Origin: Octopus vulgaris
Lineage: Eukaryota
Assembly (NCBI GenBank): GCA_951406725.2
Contig: OX597814.1
Coordinates: 221,526,001 to 221,590,000 of the forward strand
DNA: 64,000 bases
Direction: 5' to 3'
The notes under the pieces are model-generated. The model made no database searches and was not told where the DNA came from. It saw nothing but the letters and a program-made list of their open reading frames with translations. Position 1 is the stretch's first letter. Each line of letters opens with the position of its first letter. The position numbers were made by a program, and so were the translations under genes. Positions 31,986 to 44,612 of the stretch are shown here, piece after piece.

Positions 31986-33879
31986 CCAAGGAGCTTTTTT
32001 GAGACATTACCTGGTGCATGAGCAGTGCCCCAAACAAACTGGGGAAACTGATATGATCTTGAGATTAAGATATATAGGACGTGGCAATTAAAAACCAAAA
32101 ACCATCCCTGTTGCAGGTACCCGGGGAAATAATTGTTTTGGGCAGATATCAAAGAGGTCAGCTGACCTGCTAATGTGAATAACTCTTTGAAAATCAATGA
32201 GAAAGAGGAAACTATGGACAACTGCTATGAGGCTTTCAACTAGCCAGATTATGAATTTTCATGTATACCAATAATAAAGGTTGCTCCTGATTTTGTTAGC
32301 AAATGCGTAAATGACAATCAGGATAATTTAGGATTTTCAGAAAAGTAACCAAGCTAACACGCGCAGTACAAATATGTTTAGCAGAACATTAAAAATATGC
32401 AAAATTTTCTCAAATTCAACAACTTAGAGCGTTCTTCTTATCTACGTTCCAACTATGGAGATTTGTGTCTTTGAAAGAAACTATATCTTTCCTTACAGAA
32501 AGGCTTCAGATAATTTAAAACAAAAAAGAAAACACAAAAATGCACACACATACACACTCACACACAACACACACAAATACAAAACCTATGCACATATACA
32601 CATTTACGTACAAACACTCGTATGTAAGGATGATAAATCACATTATATATTTACAGCTATGTAATTTGTACTAAAGCAGTATAATTATTTGGGCGGGGGA
32701 CAATGTCACTTCTGAGACATCCTTAAGAAGATCTCTCTCAATTTATATTTCTCTCATTCGTTTTCTGGTTGCCACTCCAGGCAGAATATTACATATCTCA
32801 CCCTTCCAACACACGTTTTTCTAACCCTACAGTCTTGCACACAATTGTTTCTCATTTGGAACCTTGTACTCCAGAATAACAAATAAATACTTAACACTTT
32901 TACTCTCTTTACTTTTACTTTCCTCTCATTACTCACTCTCTATATGATCACTGATGCCTCCCTGATTCCACACTATCTTTTTAGCATGACAACAACTATA
33001 AGAAAATAATTAGTATACGTGAGTGGACGTATTAAAAACATGATTAAAATAAAAATCGAGAATATATAGACATATACATATGCAAACATACATACAAACC
33101 TTCACATATGTATGTCTATCTATTTATCTCTCTTCCTCTCTCCCCACCTCTATCTCTCGATATATAAATATATATATTTATAATAAGTGTAGGTCGTATA
33201 CGAGTGGGTATATATTTATAAAAAGAAGTTTGAAAATGCCACCATATAAGATAAATTTTAATTTTCTCAGAAATTTTACATGCTTCGGTTCTTCTTGAAA
33301 AATCGAACCTTAGCAAAAATATTTTAAAAAGTTAAGTGTAATAAAAAAGTTCATAATTGTTTCTTACTGGTCTCAACAGAATCCACGTGGGGAGTAAGCA
33401 TAATAGCTGTCTTATATGTTCGAATAGAACTAAGGTAACGGTCAGTGGCTGAAATGGCAGTATATATATATATACACACACATAGCCGTATTTATAAGGG
33501 AGCGAAAGAGGCAATTTCCCCTCCAAGTATCGGGACTCCCATTCCCCGTCTGAGCAAGCTTGCCAGATGGCCTTCCTGTATCTTCTGGTTAAGAATATCT
33601 ATCTGAAGAATTTTTGTTAAAAAGCACCACATTTTATCTACTCTAGCGACACCATTTACCCAACACTAAGGTAGATACTCAGTTATCCCAAACAGCTTTA
33701 ATAGCGGGGATAAAAGAAGCAGCAGACGGAGAAAACGTAACTACATAAAACAAAATTACCCCAGAGGAACATTTTCTGAAATATATTCAGTACTTCTATG
33801 CATCTGTCTATATAAAGGTATAAAGATAGATATATACATAGATAGATTTCGTTATTATCCACGCAGGACCGAATACAAA

Positions 33880-34510
33880 GGGGATAATACAATATAAGAC
33901 TTTTGTTTTTCGAAATCGATCAAAAGGGAACGAAGACCTTGCAACGGGGGGGGGGGTAAATAAGGAAATAACACAAAAGTCGTTGTTAACAGTTAGAGTT
34001 CCCAAAAAGGGGGGGAAATGTAACATTAACTAGGCATATTCGCGGAAAGAAAAACGTACGTAAAAGAACCACAGTAACCTCGGAAACGAAAAGGAAAATA
34101 TTAACATGAAAGCAAGGCGCTCTTTCTTCCTTTGTTTTATAGGTTCGTGCTCAAGGTGATTCCATCATTTATTCGTACCATTCTTGCCACATTCACCCAC
34201 CTTTTGTTCAACCTTTCATTAGACAAAACTTCTCTCTCTATTCTCACCTTCTTCTTCAAGTGATAGTTGAAGAAGTTGATGAGAGGTTGTCCAGAGAGGA
34301 AACCTTTCGCACGAATCCACCACAGACGTGCTTTCATCATAGCCGCCAGTACAATGAAAGCTGCGTTGCCTTCCCGGTTAAAGGAAGGTTGCGGGACAAT
34401 ATTCACGATAGACTCGGCCGACAACCGAGTTCGTCCCACACGTGACAACAACCGTTTGACATAAGCCCATAAGTCTGAAATGATTGGATATTGCACGATT
34501 GCTGTTCGGT
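33880..34510 (-). mobile_element. Tx1/L1-clade LINE ORF2 C-terminus and 3' UTR
   Basis: [30 protein letters not shown], typical of the region after the CCHC finger; T-rich 3' UTR. Confidence 0.6.
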
Positions 34511-34662
34511 CAAAGAGATGAGCTGCGGGAAGGCGCATCGCACAAATAGCGACCACACCTGATGTTGTTAACCAACTGTTAACAAAAATTCTATATAGAT
34601 ACACATAAATAAAGAAGAGAAATTGTTTAGATTTACGAAGACGTAAACGATGACAGCCAATC

Positions 34663-34682
34663 AGATAGACAGATTGATAGAG

Positions 34683-34732
<50 letters not shown>

Positions 34733-34749
34733 TAGACAGATAGATAGAC

Positions 34750-34795
<46 letters not shown>

Positions 34796-34816
34796 GTAGA
34801 CAGATAGATAGACAGC

Positions 34817-34870
<54 letters not shown>

Positions 34871-34879
34871 TATAGACAA

Positions 34880-34948
<69 letters not shown>
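34663..34948. repeat. (GATA)n microsatellite
   Basis: Direct tandem repeat. Confidence 0.97.
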
Positions 34949-36379
34949 AGTTGTTTTGACCCTACGTAGACCCGTTAACTTAAGGCTTTTGTACTTGCAA
35001 TTAAAACAGACACATGCACGCACACACACACACACAACATAAACACTATCTCAAACATGTATTCGCATATAATATTGCTTCATCCGAAAGTTCATTATTC
35101 TGTTCGACATTGAAGTATTTTGGTACGCTGATCATATTTAGGAAAAAAAAGTTAAGACTGTTTAGCTTTTAGAATTTTAATTTTTAATTTACTGATTAAA
35201 TTATAAAATTAGCATTTTTGCGTAACATTAGTCCAAAGATAAAAACAGTTTTTCTTTCTTTTAACTTTGGAATATGACTTTTCCATTTAACCAAATCTTT
35301 TTCTTTTCTTTTTTTTTTGCTATATTTTTCATCATCGTCAGCCTACCAATTTGTTGTTTTATTTTCATGTTATTTCAGAAAAAAAAATGTTGACTGATAA
35401 TAGTGATTTAGTACCTGTTACTCTTACCATTACTACTCTGTACCTTTATTTTACAATTTGTCTATGGCCACCAAGTTTCAGTTATCTCTTTTGAACATTA
35501 ATAGTTATTTCAGGCGATGTCTACTACCATAAATTCCTAGTCGTAAGTAGGTTAATTTTCAAAAAATCAAAATGTACGTTAGTAACATCAACCCATCTTA
35601 ATTGCAATCTCCCTTCCCTCACAAAATGGTTTGAATATTTACATCTTCAAAAGCCATTTTATGTAGAAAACCGAAAGTAATTATATGCTCGAATGTTGTG
35701 ATATGGGTATTTGAAGTTTAGAGGGAACCATGGAATATACCTTCCTTCTGAAAACTGTCATCTTTCTGAAGTGTTTATGGAGCTTCATCGTTTCCAGGGC
35801 CCCATGGATGTGAAACGTAAATTGGAAGAAAAGTAATTTAATGGGAACGAATTCCTTAATCTGTAATCCTCGACTTGCTTTTAACTTCTTGAACTCTTTT
35901 CCGTTAACATTTGATTTATTGTGGCTACCGGTCTTCTTATCTGCCCCAAACGTAAGAATAACAGAAATATGTGTAAACGGTCTGGCTTAGTATGCCAGTG
36001 GCTAGACGAAATGAAGTGGGTTTACAATGGCAGCTATTAATTTCTGTTTTGGTTTTGAGGCTATTTTCTCTTTGCTGTTATGTAGAAAAAAATACCAATG
36101 TACTGGTAAAAATACAACACCTCCCATGATATTTCTTCGCTTTGAAGAATAAAAGGTGAGACTTAGAAGCTACTGAAAACTCAGTAACAAATTTCTCTTT
36201 TGAGAAACTAGCGGCGTTCCGAAGTGCATCTGCCAAAAAGAAACAATAAGGAAAATATATCAACTCAAAATATTGAAAATGAAGAATCACCGCACCCTAC
36301 TGACGTGCAATGTGAAGTGCCACTTTGTGATTTAGACTGAAAAATAGGTGTTCATGATCTTTCAGCGCCCAGAATCTTC

Positions 36380-37280
36380 CAGCTATTATGAACTAAATGG
36401 TGGAGGCAAAATGGCTGGACACTGTCCTTATTTTTAAATTCAGTGTTTTGTACTATTTGTGACAATGTTGAGCCACTGTGACGGGTTTGCCAACAAGGAT
36501 GGCTTTAGAGATTGGAAAAAGAAAGCAGAGGAGAAAATGAAAACACACGGACAACGCAAGGGTAACAAAGATTCTGTGTTGCAGTTCAAAATCTTATGTA
36601 GGGAGTTTCTTCGTGTTAATATGGAGTTGGAAAATCAAGTGCTGGGAAACAGGAAATATTGGACTGACTTATTGCGCTGTGTCTGACATATTGGTTGTGG
36701 CATTATTTCTGGCCTATAGAGGTCTGGCATTCAAATGTAGTGAAGAAATATTAGCATCTAAGCACAATGGGATTGTTTGCAGAATTATGGAACTCACTGC
36801 ACAATTTGATCCATTTCTAATGGTTCACCTGAAAGCATTTGGCCATCCCGGAAGTGGTAAGCAGACATTTGTTACCATCTACGAAGAAACTGTTTTGCTG
36901 AATGCAAAATGTGTGAACCATGTTGTAACAGAACTTAATACTACAAAGTATTTCTCAGTCTCTGTAGATTTTACATCAGATCCGTGCTCATGTTGATCAC
37001 CTAACAGCTATTGTTCGTTATGTTGTTTTGGGGAAGCCAATAAAAAAGCTTTTAACTTTCCTGCAGAATGCTTGTCATAGCGCAGACGTATTGGTTACAT
37101 CCGGATCAGAATTTTAAAAAAAATATGTTATAAATTTCCAAAAGTGTAGGGGCAGTTCTATGACGACACCAATAATATGTATGATCACTAAACAGGAACG
37201 CGAACCAGACTTAAGGAAGAGAACGGCTATGGTTTTCATTCCTTCAGCTGCTCATTCGTTGAATCTTGTTGGACAGGCTT
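36380..37280 (+). pseudogene. hAT (ZMYM1-like/DUF4371 type) transposase fossil
   Basis: DGFRDWKK, FLAYRGLAFK..E....HNG, QFDPFLMVH, KYFSVSVD.T.D, IVRYV, CRGQFYD, FIPSAAHSLNLVG; multiple frameshifts. Confidence 0.82.
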
Positions 37281-37284
37281 ATTT

Positions 37285-37432
37285 CTTGAGTCTACTACTT
37301 ATTCTATCGCTCTCTTTTGCAAAACTGCCATGTTACGGGGACATAAATACACCGGTTCTCAAACAGTGAAGGGGGACAAACACAGGCACAAAGTCACACA
37401 CACATAAATACACACACGCGCGCGCACGCACG

Positions 37433-37450
<18 letters not shown>
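37285..37450 (-). mobile_element. CORE-type SINE 3' half
   Basis: Similar to 59720-59840; truncates the hAT fossil. Confidence 0.65.
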
Positions 37451-37485
<35 letters not shown>

Positions 37486-37489
37486 GTTC

Positions 37490-38560
37490 ATTCGTTCTTG
37501 TACTTCAGAGATTTTAAGTACGAGCTTTGATCTGAAGGGCATGTTTTTCTCTTTCACGACAGTTAAACTCATATCACATAGAACTGGAATTTTGATTTTG
37601 CAAACAAAGTTTTCCGTTGTTTCATCATCTTTCTCTCTACAAAGGACTGTCTCTCCTTCTCAGTTCCACTTTTCATTTGCTTCTCAATATCGATGGTCTA
37701 CTATAGAAGGGCATCAAAGATACCTCTCGTAAAGCGGATTTGCTCCATTATCTTTTCGAACAGCAGTGTGATAAAGTGCTGTTCGAAAATAAACTTCTGG
37801 TATCTGATGCTGCTTTGCCCACTCTCTCTCTATATATATATATCTATCTATCATTCTAGCAGAAGAAAGCTTTCAAGTACCTTCTACTCCCACTCGATGA
37901 TAGATGAACAACTCTCTCTACACTGACGATGAAATGATCCTGGGATTTTCGAAATCATTAAGACTTGCATGTCTATACTGAGACTTCCTTACCGCACAAT
38001 TTTCGTCACCTGTGTACTCACCACTCCCTATTTTGCACTACAGGTTTGATAAAACGCCAGAGATTAATGGTTGGTGAAACCGTCCGTGAGTGAAGCCTTT
38101 GTCTTTCGTTATATCATTTATAACAATATAAACATATGTTATATTCTGGAACAGTCGATGAAGATCCAATCGTCCGACACATCAAACGATGTTTCCATTA
38201 AATTGTTCATCTGAAGGTATACTAACCACCCAGGCCGGATGTTACTTTTCTCCTTAACCTGTTCTTAGATAAATTCCCTATGCCATGATACACTTCATTC
38301 GTGAGACATCAATCCCACATTTTATTATCTGACTGTATCCGTTCCTTGTTCAAAACAATTCTGAGATTATCGAAACCAGAAAAACTGTTTCCCTTGCCTT
38401 CAACATTCTTTACAATATCTTCATATGCCAATATGGAGAATGTTCACCAAATCTCCATTTCAAATGATTTGATATCTTACTATCAAATATTCTTATCCAT
38501 TTTTCTGTTTAATGTGATATGTTTTTTAGGGGTTGTGAAGCGTATTCTGTTTATGTTCTA
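37490..38560 (-). mobile_element. Decayed RTE-like LINE RT (tentative)
   Basis: Minus-strand remnants GKQFFWFR/LRIVL and GSLSIDM resembling RTE RT motifs; heavily degraded. Confidence 0.35.
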
Positions 38561-39844
38561 AGCCCTATTCATCAAATACAAACAAGTAAATAATTGATGC
38601 AAACTGACATTTTTCAACCGAACAAAGGTAAAATATAAAGAAGAAAATATAGGTCTACAAGATACGAAACAGGAAAAAAAACCTTCTTATGAAAAGCATC
38701 TTTAAATTATAAATACAAATAGGCACTGTACATATATCAGGTTTTGCCTAGGTTAGATATCATGATATTAATAACAACAGGTACAATGCATCTCCTACGC
38801 AATATTCTTTCAATTCGTTACGGCAATGCAAACTCTATACTCTTAACACATGACGTATGGCCTATACAATAACCAGCTAATAAAATTACATAATTCGCAC
38901 AGCACATGCTCTACGCAATAGAAAAAAGAATAAAATACCATCAGAAGCAACAGGATAATTCGCCTAACAAATCGAAAGCGATATAGCATATTTACGAGTA
39001 TGTTCTCCCTTCGAATACGTTGTTGCACATTACGGAACCTCAGAGAGGCAATAAACGATGCAATAGGAACTTCCATGAAGTAGTCTCTTCCCTAATTATT
39101 TAATGTGGATTTTACGTTGCCAGAGCTGGAGCTTGTACACTGACATAAGGGACAGATATCCGTTCAGTGGCCCTGATGCCAGAGGTGCAACGGGGAAACA
39201 AAGCCGCAATTTAATGTTTGACCGATTGAGAGGTGTGCGTAATACTCAATTCCAAGCAGATGTGCGTGGTTGTTCCCATTTTTATTGTTTTTTTTTTTTG
39301 TGGCTGTATGTGTTTCCGTTGTTCTTTTTCTTTCTGCTACTCTTGCTACGGTTTCTGTTATTCACACGGTTGTTGCACCGATAGTATCGGCAGCAGTTCG
39401 GCACTTTTTTTTTGCATTCCTTGTTTTGGTTATGTTGGAAAAAATGTCTATGATGGGCAATTGTTCCACATACGTATCATCTGGTTCGTCTGCTCTTTTC
39501 AGTTACTCATAGTTTCGTCTCAGTCAGTGTGTAGTTGAAGTTTAGGATACTTCCCAAGTGCTCAAATTTTACATGTTATCTCTACTCTCCTTTTCAAATA
39601 AATGAGAGGAGAGCGAATTCCTAGCTGTAGTGGAGCGAATTCCTAGCTGTGAGGGCCTCAGTCTTTGTAGGACGTCGACTCTGTCGAACCGCCTTGCATT
39701 AGATATAATTCAGATGCCCTGCACAACATCGTCGAGGTACCTTTCTACTTGTGTGTGCGTGGGCCTCTCCAAATGCCGAGTTGTTAAACTCACGCAGCGA
39801 TATAAAACACTCTGTATAGCAGCTGCAGTTAGAGTTGGATACAA

Positions 39845-40242
39845 TCGTGGCTTCTGATCTTAACTGTTTCGGAAGTGTTATAATGTACGTGTTTTGTTTT
39901 GGTGTAAAAGATGGGCCACAACAAATATTCTGCTCAATGCTACAGATTTGCTTGTCAATTGTTTGACCATAACTAGTTGAGAATGTTCCTTGGTGTCTGA
40001 CAAAATGTGCATCTTTGATCACGAACAGAAGTAGGTGGGTAGCATCATAACTATGTGCTGAGAGGGTTTTTTTTAGGTTTTAAATAATTCACCGCTGGAA
40101 ACATAGGTGTTCCGTTCAACATCCTTAAACAATCCTTATTCAGAAACATTTTGAGCGGAATGGGCTACTCGATCTGAAGTAAATTCAAACTTTGTCTCAT
40201 CTGCAAGGTCATGCAAGGTTTATCTTGATATGAGATTACCAT
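39845..40242 (+). mobile_element. Element X, diverged partial copy
   Basis: Colinear with 9075-9470. Confidence 0.75.
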
Positions 40243-40433
40243 GAATTTTTACGGTGCATTTTTACCTGCACTGTTACGAAGGGGCGGGGCGGCGGCGGAA
40301 AGTCGGGGACACACCGGTCGTAGAGCGTCGATCACACACGGGGTCACGTGGGGCTACCCGTTGGCAGAAAGAAGCGACGAGAACAGCCCTTCCAGACGGT
40401 CACCTCTTCCGCTCAGCGACAACCGTATTGATG

Positions 40434-40506
<73 letters not shown>

Positions 40507-42966
40507 GCTGAATGCCTTCCCAGAGTGCTGAATGCCTTCCCAGAGAGCCATGAACTGCTAACAGAACTGTACAACGATGTTTTGCAACACCCTAGTAGGA
40601 TGCCTCCTTGGCTAGTTAATGGGTTAACATTCCTGCTTCCAAAAAGTGAAGAAACAAATGAACCAAAAATCTATAGACCCATAACCTGCTTAACAACTAT
40701 GTACAAAACACTAACATCTGTCCTGACGGAATATACCTATAGTTTTTTAACAGACAGCAGCATATTCCCTAATGAACAGAAAGGATGTAAACGTGGATCC
40801 TACGGCTGTAAAGACCAACTACTCATCAATAAGATGATCTTAGAAGATTGTCACAAACGACACAAAAACTTATCAATAGCCTCGATAGACTATAAAAAGG
40901 CTTTTGATAGCCTACCACATAGCTGGATTAGGAAATGCCTTGAAATGTATAAGATAGCACCAACTCTGCGAAACTTCTTGACTGTAAGTATGAGATCATG
41001 GAGAACCACACTAACTCTGAACAGTGACAGTGAATCCCTAAATGCTGGTGATGTAAAAATTTCGTGTGGCATTTTCCAGGGTGACTCACTGTCACCACTC
41101 CTCTTTTGTTTATCCTTAATACCTCTCTCAAAGCTGCTCAATGACGCGCAGTACGGATATAAAATGTTTGATAAAAATATAAATCATCTCGTTTACATGG
41201 ATGATTTTAAACTTTTTGCAAAAAATGATCAACAACTCAAGGGCTTACTAGCGATAGTCAAACAATTCAGTGACGACATCAGAATGCAATTCGGCCTCGA
41301 TAAATGTGCAAAGGCTACCTTTATCAAAGGAAAAATGACAGAAACATCTAACGTTAACCTTGACCAACAGAATGTCATAAAAGAACTAGACCCAGCGGAG
41401 AGCTACAAGTACCTAGGGGTAATTGAAGGGAACGGAATAAGGCATTCAGAGATGAAGGAAAGGATCAGGAGAGAATGCTATCGAAGAGTGAGAGCAATAC
41501 TCAAGACAGAGCTGAATGCAAGAAACAGGATCGAAGCAATCAATGCATTAGCTATACCAGTCGTGACTTACAGTTTCAATATTGTTAACTGGTCAATTAC
41601 TGAAATATGTCAGCTCGACAGAAAAATAAGGAAACTGTTGACAATGCATAGAATGCACCACCCTAAGGCAGATACAGAACGACTCTATCTGCCAAGAAAA
41701 GAGGGAGGCCGTGGTCTTTTGCAACTGGCAATAACAATGAAGATTGCTACAATTGGCCTAGACACCTACCTGAAAAACTCTGAGGACTGGATGTTAAAAC
41801 TTGTCTCAAAACATGAAAACAAGAAAGCATCATACTCAGTCACAAAACAGGCAAAGGAATATATAAGTGAATTCCGAATACAACCAATTTCGGAATTAGA
41901 GATAGATATACAAGAAACAAGCACAGAAAAAGCTAGGCGCATGAAAACCCGTGCCAAAACTGCGGCCTTAGATATTCTGAATAATAAATGGCAAGAAAAA
42001 CCTCTCTATGGCAAATACCCAAAGAGAGCGAATAATGCAGATATCGACAAAGCCCTGACCCATCAATGGCTAATGGCCTCTGGCTTAAAATCTGAAACAG
42101 AGGGGTTTATCATAGCAGTTCAAGATCAATGCCTACCAACAAGAAACTACCAGGCCAACATATTAAAGATCAGAAGCAGTCCAACGTGTCGTGTATGCAA
42201 GCAACAAAATGAAACCATTGACCATGTGGTCTCCAAGTGCAGTCTTCTAGCGCCTACAGAGTATCTCAACAGGCACGATAGAGCTGCACAATATATTCAC
42301 TGGGTAATCTGTAAAAACCTGGATTTGCCCCATGAAAAAAACTGGTGGGAACACAAACCACCCCCAGTGCTTGAAAATGACCACATCTCACTCCTCTGGA
42401 ACTTCACCATTCAAACTGACAGGAAGATAGATGCAAATAGGCCAGACATCATATTGAAAGACTTCAAACAAAGAACATGCCTCCTCATTGATATGACTGT
42501 CCCAATCGATATAAACGTATCTGTCAAGACCTACCAAAAACTGAGCAAATATAAAGATCTTGAAATAGAAATCAGCAAAATGTGGAAGCTGAAGACTAAA
42601 ACAATACCTGTTGTCATAGGTGCCCTGGGAATGATAGCAAAAGGGGCTGATAGCTACCTAACTCAGATACCAGGAAACCCAAAAATGGCAGAAGTTCAAA
42701 AGATAGTGCTCATGGGAACTGCTCATATCCTACGCAAAGTACTCTCTATGTAATCTCAAGGTTTAAAACAAACATAATTTTCGGTTTAAAAAAAAAAAAA
42801 AAAAAAAAAAAGCCTTTTTTTTTAGACATTCATTAGTACAACATCCCCACCCCCAAAATATATGGCACACTAGGCATAACAACATGAACTTCCAACCCTG
42901 TTGTCTCTTGAGGTCTCTGGGTGAGACTTGGGGCCAACTTGTACAAATATAAAGCAAAAGTCAAAC

Positions 42967-42969
<3 letters not shown>
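40507..42969 (+). mobile_element. Young 5'-truncated R4/Dong element, lineage A
   Basis: Unbroken ORF plus ~215-bp 3' UTR; (AAT)n immediately on both sides; 19-bp duplication at the 5' junction. Confidence 0.95.
40525..42753 (+). CDS. R4/Dong RT + CCHC finger + restriction-like endonuclease (N-terminally truncated open frame, 742 aa)
   Basis: YRPITCL, EQKGC, IDYKKAFDS, GIFQGDSLSPLLF, YMDD, FGLDKC, YKYLG, C-x2-C-x8-H-x4-C, RHD, RPDI..IDMTVP..K..KY. The GTG start is an artefact of the junction duplication. Confidence 0.85.
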   Translation: MLNAFPESHELLTELYNDVLQHPSRMPPWLVNGLTFLLPKSEETNEPKIYRPITCLTTMYKTLTSVLTEYTYSFLTDSSIFPNEQKGCKRGSYGCKDQLLINKMILEDCHKRHKNLSIASIDYKKAFDSLPHSWIRKCLEMYKIAPTLRNFLTVSMRSWRTTLTLNSDSESLNAGDVKISCGIFQGDSLSPLLFCLSLIPLSKLLNDAQYGYKMFDKNINHLVYMDDFKLFAKNDQQLKGLLAIVKQFSDDIRMQFGLDKCAKATFIKGKMTETSNVNLDQQNVIKELDPAESYKYLGVIEGNGIRHSEMKERIRRECYRRVRAILKTELNARNRIEAINALAIPVVTYSFNIVNWSITEICQLDRKIRKLLTMHRMHHPKADTERLYLPRKEGGRGLLQLAITMKIATIGLDTYLKNSEDWMLKLVSKHENKKASYSVTKQAKEYISEFRIQPISELEIDIQETSTEKARRMKTRAKTAALDILNNKWQEKPLYGKYPKRANNADIDKALTHQWLMASGLKSETEGFIIAVQDQCLPTRNYQANILKIRSSPTCRVCKQQNETIDHVVSKCSLLAPTEYLNRHDRAAQYIHWVICKNLDLPHEKNWWEHKPPPVLENDHISLLWNFTIQTDRKIDANRPDIILKDFKQRTCLLIDMTVPIDINVSVKTYQKLSKYKDLEIEISKMWKLKTKTIPVVIGALGMIAKGADSYLTQIPGNPKMAEVQKIVLMGTAHILRKVLSM

Positions 42970-43059
<90 letters not shown>

Positions 43060-43687
43060 GAAGAAGAAGAAGAAGAAGAAGAAAAAGAAGAAGAAGAAGA
43101 AGAAAAAGAAGAAGAAGAAGAAGAAGAAGAAGAAGAAAACGAAGAAGAAGAAAACGAAGAAGAAGAAGAAGAAGAAGAAGAAGAAGAAAACGAAGAAGAA
43201 GAAGAAGAAGAAGAAGAAGAAGAAGAAGAAAACGAAGAAGAAGAAGAAGAAGAAGAAGAAGAAGAAAACGAAGAAGAAGAAGAAAACGAAGAAGAAGAAG
43301 AAGAAGAAGAAGAAGAAAACGAAGAAGAAGAAGAAAACGAAGAAGAAGAAGAAGAAGAAGAAGAAGAAGAAGAAGAAGAAAACGAAGAAGAAGAAGAAGA
43401 AGAAGAAGAAGAAGAAGAAGAAGAAGAAGAAGAAAGAAGAAAAAGAAGAAGAAAAAGAAGAAGAAGAAGAAGAAGAAGAAGAAAAAGAAGAAAAAGAAGA
43501 AGAAAAAGAAGAAGAAGAAGAAGAAGAAGAAGAAGAAAAGGAAGAAAAAGAAGAAGAAGAAGAAGAAGAAGAAGAAGAAGAAAAGAAGAAGAAGAAAACG
43601 AAGAAGAAGAAGAAGAAGAAGAAGAAGAAGAAGAAGAAGAAGAAGAAGAAGAAGAAGAAGAAGAAGAAGAAGAAGAAGAAGAAGAAG
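42970..43687. repeat. (AAT)n switching to a ~650-bp (AAG)n purine tract
   Basis: Direct repeats with recurring AAA/AAC interruptions. Confidence 0.95.
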
Positions 43688-44009
43688 GGTATGTTCCCGA
43701 TTAGTATATTGCTTGTTGGGCTTGGTTAAAAAGTAAAAGAAACATCTTTCGGTTAATTTATTAGAGGTGAGGTTTTTCTATCTGTTTAATTGTCTGTCTG
43801 TCTCTGTCTCTTTGTCTCTCACCCCACATCGATTGAGGCGGGTCTTGAAAGATTTATTGAGTCCTTGACTGAAGGGGACCAGCTTACTGCAGTTTTCTGA
43901 ATCTTGTATACCATGTTAAATCTCCGTCATCGCCACCATTGAGTGAAGTAAGTGAAGAAATGTTACGTACGCATGCCTTGAAGCTGTCTAACAAAGCTCC
44001 ACGCGTAAA

Positions 44010-44612
44010 TAACATAGGCTTCAAATTTTGGTACAAGGTCAGCAATTTCGAGTGAAGGGGTTAGTAGATTACTTCGACCCCGGAGTTCAACTGGTTCTTA
44101 TTTTATCGACCTACAAAAGATGAAAGGAAGAAAGTCGACCTCGGCGGAATTTGACGAGTAAGTAATACTAAAACAGCGTTGGCAAGCGAGCAGGCACAAG
44201 CGATATCACGCCAGGAATTAGAAGGGTTTAGCGACATTTCGTTCGCCTTCATGTTGTGAGGTTAAATTCTGCCGCGGTCGACTTTGCCTTTCACCCTAAT
44301 CTGGTCGATAAAATTAGTACCAGTTGAACACTAGGTTCGATGTAATCGGCTTAACCCTAATACCGAAATTGCTGGGCTTTTACTAAAATTTGAAACTAAT
44401 ATTAAAACAGCCTAAGGTGACGAAATAGCAGAACTGTTAGCACGCCGATCAAATTCCTTAGTTGTTACCTTGTGTGTTCAAATTTCGCCGAAGTCCACTT
44501 TGCCTTTCATCGTATCAGGGTCGATAAAATAAGTACCAGTTAAGAATTGGGATCGGTGTAATGTACACCTCCTTCCCAAATTGCTGACCTTGTGCTAAAA
44601 TTTGAAACCAAT
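44010..44612. mobile_element. Cluster of three Nin/Deu-like SINEs (one minus, two plus)
   Basis: Core GCCTTTCA..GTCGATAAAAT..GTACCAG and tail AAATTTGAAAC at ~44010-44155 (-), ~44230-44400 (+) and ~44413-44612 (+). Confidence 0.75.

Noticed and set aside
37923-37960. CTGACGA...GAAA hammerhead-like motif
   Set aside because: Extra base before stem II, no convincing stems I or III; lies antisense within a decayed LINE-like region.
38840-39600. Helitron Rep N-terminal zinc-finger remnant on the minus strand
   Set aside because: Cys spacing only loosely matches and no Rep motifs were found.
42921-43736. 271-aa poly-I/R/K ORF resembling a protamine
   Set aside because: It is a translation of the R4 3' UTR plus (AAT)n/(AAG)n.
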